From: Marsupella aquatica
Lineage: Eukaryota; Plantae; Marchantiophyta
Length of the DNA stretch: 64,000 nt
Assembly (NCBI GenBank): GCA_973895155.1
Contig: OZ316893.1
Span: forward strand, 15,530,645 to 15,594,644
Direction: 5' to 3'
In this document: positions 52,101 through 61,790 of the stretch, one piece after another
Numbering within the stretch: position 1 is the first letter of the stretch
Layout: each line of letters opens with the position of its first letter
Made by a program: the position numbers and the translations under genes
The notes under the pieces: generated by a model
What the model saw: only the letters and a program-made list of their open reading frames with translations
The model's database searches: none
What the model was told of the DNA's origin: nothing

Positions 52101-54240
52101 CACAAGAATACTGACGCGGGTGAAGTCAGGAAAGGTATTGCTCAAGAAAGATGCCTCTAATAAATCAGACATGCCATCTATAGAGGAGTTGGCCAAAGAT
52201 GTGAAGATCGTGCGGAAACTCAAGTCCCTTATTGAAGACTACTATTGCACCAAGGATGCGGTGAATTTCCCGACAAATACTAATTGGGGGAAAGTAGTTG
52301 AGGTTCTTCCTACGCTAGCAATTGATTCAGAGTTCAGCAGGTGTCGAAGAGCCGCTGGCGAGGTCTATCTTGCCAACCTTTTAAAGCCAAATCATACGCG
52401 GGAGAGCGCAATCTTGCCGACGGCATTGGTATTCCGCCTAGATGATATATACTGCCAGAGATTTGGCGGAGGATCACGTTCTCGGACCCTACCATGGGTT
52501 ACATTTTTTAGCGACAATCTCATGAAGACCATTGATCCAGAGTCATTGCAAGAAGCTCCTCCGACCTGCCCTCTTGCCATTGTTGATTTTAGCCGGCTTC
52601 CACAAAAACAGTGGACTAAAGCAGAGATTCTTGTTCTCTTTGAATACATTGTGGAGCTTCCACAAAATCCCACGATTGTGGTGATGATAACAGTTCATCC
52701 TGGACAACTTGCACTGAATGTCCATGGTGCCCTTCGTAAATTGGGACAAGAGAAAGCTTTGACCATTCACATTGAGTATGGGAGTTATTCACGAGATGAT
52801 CAACCGCACCCTCATGACTCATGTTGGGGTGGAGGGATTGAAGAAGTTATCTTTGCAGGGATTTCTCGAGATGAAGACGTCAATTGGAATGAAGTTTTCA
52901 AGCCCAACTATCCAAAGCCAAAATTCTTGTATACTTCAAAGGATGTTGATTATGAAGTATGCAAGATCGACAAGGGAAAGGGGAAAGCTAAGGAATCAGA
53001 TGAGGGGACACAAAACGACGACCTAAAAGTGGTTTTGGACCCGGAAGAGGCCGTCAAGATTATGAATATGGCCCCTCGATTTGAGACAGTTGGTAGTCGC
53101 GGAGGATGGGTTAATCCTCATGCCAAACCCACGCGGATGATCCGAAGGATTATTGAATCCTTATCAGAACCGGGAGATTTGGTTCTAGATTTTTTCTCCG
53201 GTGGCCAAGTCATGAAGACATCATTTTTTTGCGATAGGGAATGCTTTGTTTATTGTGACTCTCAGTCCGAGAGGCATTTTGTGGAAGCTTTTGCTTCCTA
53301 CCTTTGCGAGAGAGTTCCCTCACTTAAAGCCCATTGTGAATCACTTGCTGAAAATTCTCGACAATGGGCTACCACTATTGCGGCTGTAGCTGTCGCTGTT
53401 GAATCCGACGGTTCTGAGTCTGAAGATGTTGCTGACAAAGTGGCTAAAGGCGTAGAGGCATCAGAGGAGGCATATGTCAAAAATTTGGATGACCGTGTTG
53501 GTCAAGGTGAGCCTTACGATGTAGATGATGATATTGGACTTGCACCAAACCGTTCATCTGGTTTAGATGACATCCCTTCGGGGCCCCATGAAGTTCAAGT
53601 TGATGATAACTTGGACAAGGATGATCCCAATCCAACAACGCCGGGAGGACAGATGGAGCAACTGGAAGGAGCAAGGGTTGATATGTTTGATCATCTTTCT
53701 TCAACCAATCTGATCAACGAAGGCGCAACGAGGCTTGGAGATTCAAATGAAGCTGAAACTAACGAATTGACTCGTGGGGAAGCCGGCGGATTGCCTGACA
53801 TTCCCATCAATCCAGGAGGAAATGCATCAACGGCTGCTGACAACCAGGCAGGTGCTTCAACTTGTCCTGACACACTCTTTTCAGCTTCTGATGACAAATT
53901 GGTGTTCGTTCGTTCACACTCGAGGAGTCCTGTTGTCCTTCCGTTCTCAAAAAAGAAAGGGAATAGAGTTGGATCAACTGGATGGAGGTCATTGGAACGC
54001 GACGCACGATGTTACGTGTGGAAAAGTGGGCCAAATCGAGGCCAAGAAATATCATTGGAAGCTGCTCCTTCAATTCTCAATAAGGAGGAGTATAAGAGGG
54101 GAGAATTGGGGTTCATAACTCCTGTTTGGACTTCTCCTTATTGGGTAGAACAAAGTACTTCAGATGTCAATTTTGAAATCCAACAGGAGCTTGGTGCTGA
54201 CATGATTATTGATGAATACGGATCTCTTATTTCGGAATGA
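49107..54240 (+). CDS. ParB-like + beta-class DNA methyltransferase-like fusion gene, copy 2 (exons 49107-49233, 49673-51363, 51868-54240; ~1396 aa)
   Basis: GT-AG introns keep the frame (phase 1, then phase 0). ParB/Srx-like YRMLNADHVKEVANSM..FLAISGQHSARA. MTase-like WVNPHAKP..SEPGDLVLDFFSGG, with motif IV degenerate (LAIVDFSR). No internal stops. Confidence 0.82.
49270..49610. repeat. 21-bp minisatellite in intron 1 of ParB-MTase copy 2
   Basis: TTGGACTCGGATGATCCCAATCCAAAG-type units, about 13 copies. Confidence 0.9.
51460..51810. repeat. ~80-bp tandem repeat (4 copies) in intron 2, each with the palindrome TTGGACTGGGA-TGG-TCCCAGTCCAA
   Basis: CCACTGATA anchors at 51518, 51597, 51678 and 51757. 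Confidence 0.88.
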
Positions 54241-54382
54241 AATTCAGCCTTTGACTTTCTATTTATTCATATCAATCTAAAATACTTCTCGGTCTCACAG
54301 AATGGGCTCACCAATTAAAGTCTCCATATCTGTCTACACATTGTGAGGCTTCTAAAAATGGTATGTAGGTTAATTTTCGTTT

Positions 54383-55516
54383 TTGTCAGCCATTGTGTTG
54401 TATTTTTGGACTGAGACAATCCTAATCCAAAGTTCACTTTTGGTCTTTTCTCTGAGAATGGTGTTTGGTGCACTTGCAGAATCGAGACCTGGTCCCGTCA
54501 AGCGGAAGTTGCTGATTTTGGACCTTAATAAAATACTTTGGGATTCTATTGAATTCCAAAGCAAGGGCACATCCAGGAATATTGTCACCTCAAGTGGAGT
54601 GCATTGGGATAGAAAAAATGGTATTAGTCGCATGTATACAGAACGACCAGGGCTCCATGAGTTTCTAAAGTTGGTTTTTGACAGATTTGACGTTGCAATT
54701 TGGACTTGTGCTGGGGTAGAACGAACAGTGAAAATGCTGAACATGATGTTCACTGTTGAGGAGCGGTTGAAACTTAAGTTTGTATTCACACAGGTGGAAG
54801 CCTTTGACACAGGCATTCAAAGGCGTGACATTACAAACGGAAAGGCAAATGTGCTACTGAAGGATTTTCAGGTGGTATGGAATGCATTTGGAAATCTGTA
54901 TGATGAAACCAACACCCTCCTTGTGGATGACTCCCCCCTTAAGGCATTTGCCAACCCAGACATGACCGGATTATTTCCAGTGCCCTACACGCATGCCAAT
55001 CGTGGAGATAATTTTCTTCTAGCAATTCTTTGGCCATGTCTTGAGAAACTATCACATGCAAGTGACATTCGATGCTATCTTCTTCTCAACTCTCCAAAGT
55101 GGTCTCTTTTGCACATGAAGAGAGACAAGGCAAAAAATGAGATTACTTATGATCAACTTAGCAAGAGATTTGCAGCAAAAATTTGGAAGTCACAGTTTAC
55201 ACATAGTGTGTTGGACCTCAACAGTAATGAGATCCCTTGGAATGTAAAGCACCGTATATGTAGTTTACGTCCTGAGGTGGAACTTGACAATGCACTTGTC
55301 AACTCACTTGCTAAATCATTTTTAGGAAAGGACTATTCAGGTCCATATAGAGAAAATCCCAGACACTTTTTGCGGGAGATTATAGCCATTAGGAACAACA
55401 CCACCAGATTTCAACTCCCTGAAAATAAAGTGAGTTGCAACCGTGACAATAGGGTAGATAGGAAAGGAGACAGGGGCACATGCTCAAATACACATTGTAG
55501 GGAGCACTTGGTTTAG
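54383..55516 (+). CDS. FCP1/SCP (NIF-family) HAD phosphatase-like protein
   Basis: RKLLILDLNKILW, RPGLHEFL, FDVAIWT, KDFQVVW and NTLLVDDSPLKAFANP. The true start is probably a short upstream exon (~54358) spliced to ~54480. Confidence 0.85.
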   Translation: MSAIVLYFWTETILIQSSLLVFSLRMVFGALAESRPGPVKRKLLILDLNKILWDSIEFQSKGTSRNIVTSSGVHWDRKNGISRMYTERPGLHEFLKLVFDRFDVAIWTCAGVERTVKMLNMMFTVEERLKLKFVFTQVEAFDTGIQRRDITNGKANVLLKDFQVVWNAFGNLYDETNTLLVDDSPLKAFANPDMTGLFPVPYTHANRGDNFLLAILWPCLEKLSHASDIRCYLLLNSPKWSLLHMKRDKAKNEITYDQLSKRFAAKIWKSQFTHSVLDLNSNEIPWNVKHRICSLRPEVELDNALVNSLAKSFLGKDYSGPYRENPRHFLREIIAIRNNTTRFQLPENKVSCNRDNRVDRKGDRGTCSNTHCREHLV

Positions 55517-56413
55517 ATATTTAATTGACTTGTGTTAAGCCCCTTGGATAGTACTAGAAACATGTTCGTATTCAATGTAAATTTGCAGATAATTGTATAA
55601 AGATATTTTATAATCTATTTGGAATGATGTTATTTTGTTCACAGAATATCTGGTCCTTAAATGGGGATGAAATAACTTTATAAGTTTTTATCCTCCATTT
55701 CTATGTGAGTTATTAAATAATATAATATGTATTATTTATTAATATAATATTAATGTGATTTGGCCTATAAAGTGTACATTTAGAGACACAAAAGTGTACA
55801 TTTGGGTGTCTTGAAGTGTACATTTGGGGACATGAAAGTGTACATTTCAGACTCATTTGTGAACAAAAGAAAATACACTTTTAATGAATAGGTTGATCAT
55901 TCCGGAGGATCCACAAAGGGTACAAAAATGCGTCGCTCGAGCATGGCCTGATCAGCGAATAGAAATCAGGAATATATTTTGGAGAACATACTCATTACAA
56001 TTCTACAAGTTTCATTCAACTTTATAGTACCTTGTATAACGGGCCGTGAAGCCAATGCACTTGTCAGCTAATTGTCCGTAGAGGCGCAAAAAATCTACAC
56101 TCTGGACCACACAACCCGAAGTCAGGCGAGGCAGGGTCATTTACATTCAAAGTGTTTTTTTACAAGCTCTTCTCGAGCAAACCTTAGAGCACCCAAAACA
56201 ATTGACTACTAAATCGACGAGAGGAATGAGGAGTGCGATAAATTTATCGGATGTTCGCAGCAATGCCTCATCCACTCAGACTTGTCCATGCCATGCAAGA
56301 ATTGTCCGCTTCCCGCTTTCTCCAAGATTCACCCAAACTCTAAGAAACGCATCTAATCGGTCATACAAGAAGCACCCAAGCATATCTATGGGAGGGAGGA
56401 AATGAGTTTCCTC

Positions 56414-56824
56414 TTAGAAGACCCTAGCAATATGTAGGTTTGAGAGAAGTTCGGCATTAGGAATGCTTGTGAGCATTTGGTTTATGTCATTAATCTCACG
56501 GACTGCATATTTCAGTAAAGCCCAAAATCGTGTACCAACAACAAGATGGTTCCATTTCTTCGAGGTGGCTCCAAGACAAATGATTGTTCTCATTCGAGCC
56601 AGTCGTTCTTTGGGTAAAAGTTTTAGGTCAAGGCCAAGGTGTTCATCTTGTGTGCAAGACAACGCCAAGAGAGGCCAAATGTGAGATTCAACGAGTTGAT
56701 CAGGAAGTCCATTCAACAGACTTCCGCATTCCACACCAGGCACTTTTCCTTGAATATATTTCCTACGCTCATGGGCTAATACGGATGCCATCTTAGCAAT
56801 GATTAGGTTCTTCGACGTAGCCAT
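56414..56824 (-). CDS. Small F-box-domain protein (136 aa)
   Basis: SLLNGLPDQLVESHIWPLL...CLGATSKKWNHLV follows the plant F-box pattern (LLPGLPD..I...V.K.W..L). Confidence 0.65.
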   Translation of the reverse strand: MATSKNLIIAKMASVLAHERRKYIQGKVPGVECGSLLNGLPDQLVESHIWPLLALSCTQDEHLGLDLKLLPKERLARMRTIICLGATSKKWNHLVVGTRFWALLKYAVREINDINQMLTSIPNAELLSNLHIARVF

Positions 56825-57018
56825 GAAGTAGAGCTACCAAAACCACCAATAAAAGCACCTTCAATCACCAGGTGTAACCGAAGATATCCACAGTACCAAC
56901 CCTGCACGACAGTTTAAAGATTAGGACTCGGACCATATTGTATTTGCTGCACATGGGTAGGACTTGTTTACTTAAATGTGTCCTTACAAAATGCGCCTCA
57001 ATGTGAAGGTCGCAACAC

Positions 57019-57348
57019 TCATCGTGAAAGGTTGACCCAAGGGTCCTCGTTCCAAATCTGACAACATAAGTATGTCAATTTATGGTACTTGTTGTCAAGA
57101 CGACGACAACAATAGTTACAAGAAAACTCCAAAGAATGGAGACACGCCGTTAACATCAACCTCGAACGGATTGGAACTCCTGCACCATTCATTCCGCAGA
57201 ACTCAATCCGGAGAGGATTCTGCCTATCTCCGGGATCAGTATCACCCATCCACAACGCTCCTACACCAATGGGGAGAACTTTACGTTGCACGAGTTTCTT
57301 GTACAACCGGCGTGCACGTTTGACATGATTTTGAATTAAGACAGCCAT
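57019..57348 (-). CDS. Small Cys-rich hypothetical protein (109 aa), cargo of the outer element
   Basis: ATG-initiated ORF on the same strand as the neighbouring cargo genes, with CNYCC..LCC. No recognisable family. Confidence 0.35.
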   Translation of the reverse strand: MAVLIQNHVKRARRLYKKLVQRKVLPIGVGALWMGDTDPGDRQNPLRIEFCGMNGAGVPIRSRLMLTACLHSLEFSCNYCCRRLDNKYHKLTYLCCQIWNEDPWVNLSR

Positions 57349-57479
57349 TTGTCACTATACCTTTGATCCACCGAGTGCAATCGACCTTTCGTTGTGCCTT
57401 CTAAACCCTGCAGCACTGCGACATCATAGAGGAAGATGAGTCTCCAAACAAAATAGAGGAAGATGAGTCTCACAAGAGG

Positions 57480-57930
57480 GTGCGATAACTTTATCGCACC
57501 TCGCATTCATCTTGAAGACATGACTCCCTCACACACTCAAGCAATCTTCAATCAATCACAAGAATGGAAACTCCGATAAATTTATCGAAGTCTCAAGCAA
57601 TCCTCAATCAATCATTGGAATGGAAACTCCGATAAATTTATCGGAGTCTCAAGCAACCTTCAATCAATCACAGGAATGGAAACTACAATAAATTTATCGG
57701 AGTCTCAAGCAATCTTCAATCCATGACAGGAATGGATATTCCGATAAATTTATCGGACCTTGAATATAATTTATGGAATGAATTCGCACTGGATCAAAGG
57801 AATGCAACAGAGGAATGCAGAATGCGATAAATTTATCGCAGTCCTCTCGGATCAGTACATTGACACCAAATGACAAGTCAACCTTACATGGATGATACTC
57901 GATTGGAATGGTAGTTCCAATAAATTTATC
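57480..57930. repeat. 56-bp tandem repeat and dispersed copies carrying the palindrome CGATAAATTTATCG
   Basis: Units start at ~57536, 57592, 57648 and 57704. Further palindromes at ~57483, 57825 and 57920. Confidence 0.88.
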
Positions 57931-58377
57931 GGGTTCTCTGGAGAAAGAGTCAAGTCTCTTGGGAGGAATGCAAGACTTGATAGGAGTTCAGTATTCACTC
58001 TGAGTGAGGTGTTGTTCGCTCCGGCAAAAATAAACTTTTTATGGGCAGCCCGCTCCTCTTTATATAGGGGATGCTCTAACCATGGTAACTTTCCCTCTTA
58101 ACCATGGTTACTTTCTGCCTTAACCCGGGTTAGTGCGTGGTCGACCCTCGATTATGTGGTTTGGGACCAAGTTACTCGCAGTTCGGACTTTTTCACATAC
58201 CGAATGTAAAACCCGATGCACGTATCGCTCCCTGCATTCCCGCGGCGATGCAATGTAGGCAACTCATTTTTTTTAATTTTTCGGCAGTTTTATCGAAGAT
58301 TGCATTGCCTTAGAAAAAAATGGAATCGGGCTAAACGAGAAGTGTGTCACACTTCTCGGTCGGTCCAAAATCGTGTT

Positions 58378-59327
58378 TCTCGCTTGAAGTGTCCAACTTG
58401 GTTGCACTTCCAGCATGTCACCTGCCTCCTCTGAGGGGATTTACCCCTGGACTTAGAAATGGATTTAGATCTAAACTGGGTTCTACGGTCCCCAGTTGGT
58501 CGCTGCATACTCCTCCCACGGTTAACATTGAGGGCAGCACCAGATGATGATGGCTGTGACGTGATGTGCATCTTCTACTGAAGATCATCACTAAGCAGAG
58601 AACTTACCACGTCATTGTATAAAATGGTATCCCTATCACGATGCAACAACACTCATGATAGGGACTGGTAAGATGGAGGCAATGAACTGAGAAGCTGTAG
58701 AGCCTTTGTCTCATCATTCAAAGTCTCCCCAAGGTTTTCCAAGTCAACGACCATGTCATTGAAAGCATCCACATGATCTTGCAACTTTGTACCGGATTCC
58801 TTCATCCTGAAACTCATCAGTTTGTAGGAAGTGTAGAGCCGGTTTGACAACTCCTTGCGGTGATACTTGCTCTGCAATTCCGCAAATAAGGACATGCAAT
58901 CCTTATGTGCACCCAACTGCTTGATGATGGGAGGCATGAGATAGAGTGTAACACATCACACTCCTTGCTCCTACATGCGGTCCCATTGTTTCTCATCAAC
59001 ATCATCTTCACGAGGGCTCAGTAGTTGGCCCATCCCTGATGCATAGAGCACTCCCTTCACCTGCTTCTCCCATAGCAAATAGTCAGAGCGCCCATCATAC
59101 TTTGTCACTTCATACTTGGGTCCCCCAAGCTTGAAAGTCCCCATCTTCTTCTTTGGCACTACCATGAGCTCCGGTAGTAGTACTGCTTCCTCCACCACAC
59201 GCCGCACTGGTGATGGTATCGGTGTCACATGCTCTTCCTCCTGCTCCTCTCTCTGCCCCTCAAACTGCCGTGGTGATCCCCGTGCTTCAAGTTCCACGTC
59301 TTCAAAAAACTCCTCCGAATCACTCAT
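58378..59327 (-). pseudogene. Copia Gag (UBN2-type) with CCHC knuckle
   Basis: KYDGRSDYLLWEKQV, LMSFRMKESG..HVDAFN, KALQLLSSLPPSY and CWKCNQVGHFKR, with four in-frame stops. Confidence 0.88.
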
Positions 59328-60710
59328 ATGAGAAAATCACAAAAATGTCATTTTTCACAACTTCTCAAAAAACTTGAAACTCAACACCGCCGTGTAGCCC
59401 ACGAAGCTAGGAGTCCAATACTGAAAACCGAAATCAAAATCAAAATTTGACGGAAAAGTTATTCAAATTTCGGTCGAGGTGGGTAAAACCTTGGGAAACT
59501 CTCCTGTTTTGACCACCTCAGGGAATAACCAAAATACCAAGTACAACCCGTCGTCGGAATTGAGATGTGATCGGTGCACCGCGTTGCCAATTTCAATGGC
59601 TACGACCTCGCCGAAAAAGAACCTTAAAAGTTACTGTTCGCCGGATGAAATCTTTGTCGGACGGTCAAAAAATAGCTCTCTGGTTTTTTGGAATATTCTA
59701 TGACCCTTGTACAGGCCCTGTGGGAATTTTGGAAGAACAATCGAGGGGCTGACACGTGTCCTCGAACCCCCAAAACCCCCTACCACCCTTCGTCGTCGAA
59801 ATCTGGTCGAGCGCGCAGAAAATACACACGACAAAATGTACCCCTCGACACCAAACGCAAGATATCTCACTCAGGTTTTGACGAAATCTAGATCTGATTT
59901 CAGATTTGGAAACTAGACTCCGAGGCGGTGAAGATCAATATAAGAAGCACCCAAAACGAGGAAAGAACGAGGGAGAAAAAAATTGGTAAAGATGACAGAT
60001 TTCTCTCAATTGCCATAGCCAATTTCGAATCAGTTTTTCAAAGAGAAAAAATGGTACCTTGTCAACAACGAATGTTGATGAATTGCACTTGGTGCCGTCA
60101 CCAAGTCCAACAAGGTAATTGATTTCGCTTAGCCTTCCTCTTCGCATCAAAGAGCCAATCCCGGACTCAAAACAATCGTCTTGCCTCAATCTCTCCGTTG
60201 AGTCAAAACACTTGACGCTTCTCCCTCCGAGTCGATTGCCACGACAAGAAACCCCGCCCAGGCAAAAGAGGACTCCATAGCCGGTCAGAAAATCAGAATG
60301 CTGCTTTTGCTCGTCCCGTCGCACATGGTACTCACTTGGTAACAAATCAGTTACCAAAACAAACAACTCATCCCGATCTACAAGCAGAGCTATAGCATGC
60401 GATGCCTCCTTCACCGTAGAGCTCACACCGTCGAGAAAACAAACTCTGATCCCTCCTCCAAAAAACCGTCGAACATGAATGTTGCCAACTTTCTTCACAA
60501 AATCCAGAACGACGAAAACTTAGATCTCTCTGCACCACGAGCTCCGTTCAACGATTTCTTCACACCGTTAGAAAGCTCTTGCCCCGATCTATCCATTGAG
60601 CCCATAAACTCCAAGTTCCATGCGATGGAACTCCGGGAAATCCACCGACACTCAATGCTAGAAAAACCGTCACGAAATCCCGTCACGAACACACGTCACC
60701 TCCCAGGCAT

Positions 60711-60722
60711 GCTCTGATACCA
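60711..60722 (-). promoter_or_regulatory. Primer binding site, tRNA-iMet
   Basis: GCTCTGATACCA on the + strand = TGGTATCAGAGC on the - strand, 2 nt from the LTR. Confidence 0.92.
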
Positions 60723-60724
60723 AT

Positions 60725-61073
60725 TGTTGAGCATAGACGACGATCGCAACGGCAAGCCCATGAACCATCCAACGCACAATAGTCGACACAGAGAGATACG
60801 TGGTTCACCTCCACATGAGGCTACGTCCACGAGAACACACAGGAGCTTTACTGCACTCTAGGCTAGGCCGACCGGCCATACCAAGCATCCACAGCACAAG
60901 CTCTCCCTATCTCTCAACTGGCTCCGTAACAATGAGTCTGAGTTCCTTCTCTCCAAGCAAACACCGTTTGGTTATAGAGTGTGCACAGCATGACTAACCT
61001 AACCAAGTCTACGACTAAGGTAGCCTTAACTACGGTGCAGTCGTGACTCTAGACCTAAGAGTAAATCCTAACA
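60725..61073 (-). repeat. Copia 5' LTR (~349 bp)
   Basis: TGTTGAG...CCTAACA termini next to the PBS. The outer end is inferred from the terminal inverted TGTT/AACA only. Confidence 0.7.
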
Positions 61074-61339
61074 GGACACTATTCCACTAATTGCCTACAA
61101 AGACTAAATAGTGCGGGTCTTTTTGACCGGGGGTCCCGCCGGGGGTAGGGCGGGGCCAGTAGCGCCTCGCCATGTGTCGATCAGCGGGCCAATGAGAAAT
61201 GACTTTGGGTTAACTCCTGCGGTTACCCTAACCCAACCTGCGAAATGGGGGAGCACTTGGCAAATAATTTAGTTTGGGGGAGCGGTAACTAAATATGGTC
61301 AGTTTGGGGGACTACTTAGTAAAAAGCTGTTTGAGGCAA

Positions 61340-61790
61340 TGCAAAGATGTTGAGGTGACAGAAGGCAAGATATCGAGGTGAGGAAAAGATAGGGAGGTGA
61401 GAGAAAGATGTCGAGGCAAGGGCAAGATGTCAAGGAGAGGCAAAGACAACTAAGGAGGTGAGGTAAAGATCTTGAGGTGAAAAAAGATGTCGATGAGAGA
61501 AAGAGTTGTTGAGGTGAGGGAAAGAAATCAAGGTGAGAAAAGGAGGTCAAGGAGAGAAAAGATGGCAAGGTGAGAAAAATATGTAAAGAATGATGAAGAA
61601 AAATGTCAAGGAGAGAAAATATGTTGAGGGTGACGGAAAAATATTGTAGTGAGATAAAGATGTCAAGGTGAGCAAAAGGTAAGATGTCGAGCTGAGGAAA
61701 GATCTCATGGAGAGAAAAGATGTAATGGTCAGATTAAGATGTCAATGTGAGAAAAATGGTGAGATGAAAGAAAGATGTGAAGGTAAAGTT
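61340..61790. repeat. Purine-rich degenerate ~18-bp repeat tract
   Basis: Recurring GAGGTGAGAAAAAGATGTC-like units. Confidence 0.6.

Larger units (their letters stand above)
42811..55897. mobile_element. Intact Sola-like DNA transposon (inner), 13.1 kb, three genes
   Basis: 26-bp TIRs ATCAGCCTATTCATTAAAAGTGTATT and AATACACTTTTAATGAATAGGTTGAT (1 mismatch). 4-bp TSD CATT at 42807-42810 and 55898-55901. AAGTGTACATTT subterminal arrays at both ends. Confidence 0.93.
36960..58377. mobile_element. Large decayed Sola-like TIR element (outer); right end defined, left end not found
   Basis: Right TIR GGTCCAAAATCGTGTT ends at 58377 and interrupts a Copia gag. CGATAAATTTATCG palindromes are scattered through 38170-42060 and 56230-57930. 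Carries a transposase remnant, a ParB-MTase gene and F-box-like ORFs. Left boundary is approximate. Confidence 0.65.
58378..61073 (-). mobile_element. Ty1/Copia LTR retrotransposon, 5' half
   Basis: LTR 60725-61073, tRNA-Met PBS, long leader, and a gag truncated at the zinc knuckle by the TIR at 58377. No pol or second LTR in the window. Confidence 0.88.

Noticed and set aside
57480-57930. CRISPR array (also considered for 47250-48045 and 22040-22560)
   Set aside because: The sequences between the palindromes are themselves repeated, so there are no unique spacers. No cas genes, and the context is eukaryotic.
3572-58377. A single 55-kb element bounded by the TIRs at 3572 and 58377
   Set aside because: The flanks do not form a TSD (CTTC vs TCTC) and belong to different host elements. 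The 3572 TIR already has a TSD-matched partner at 5135.
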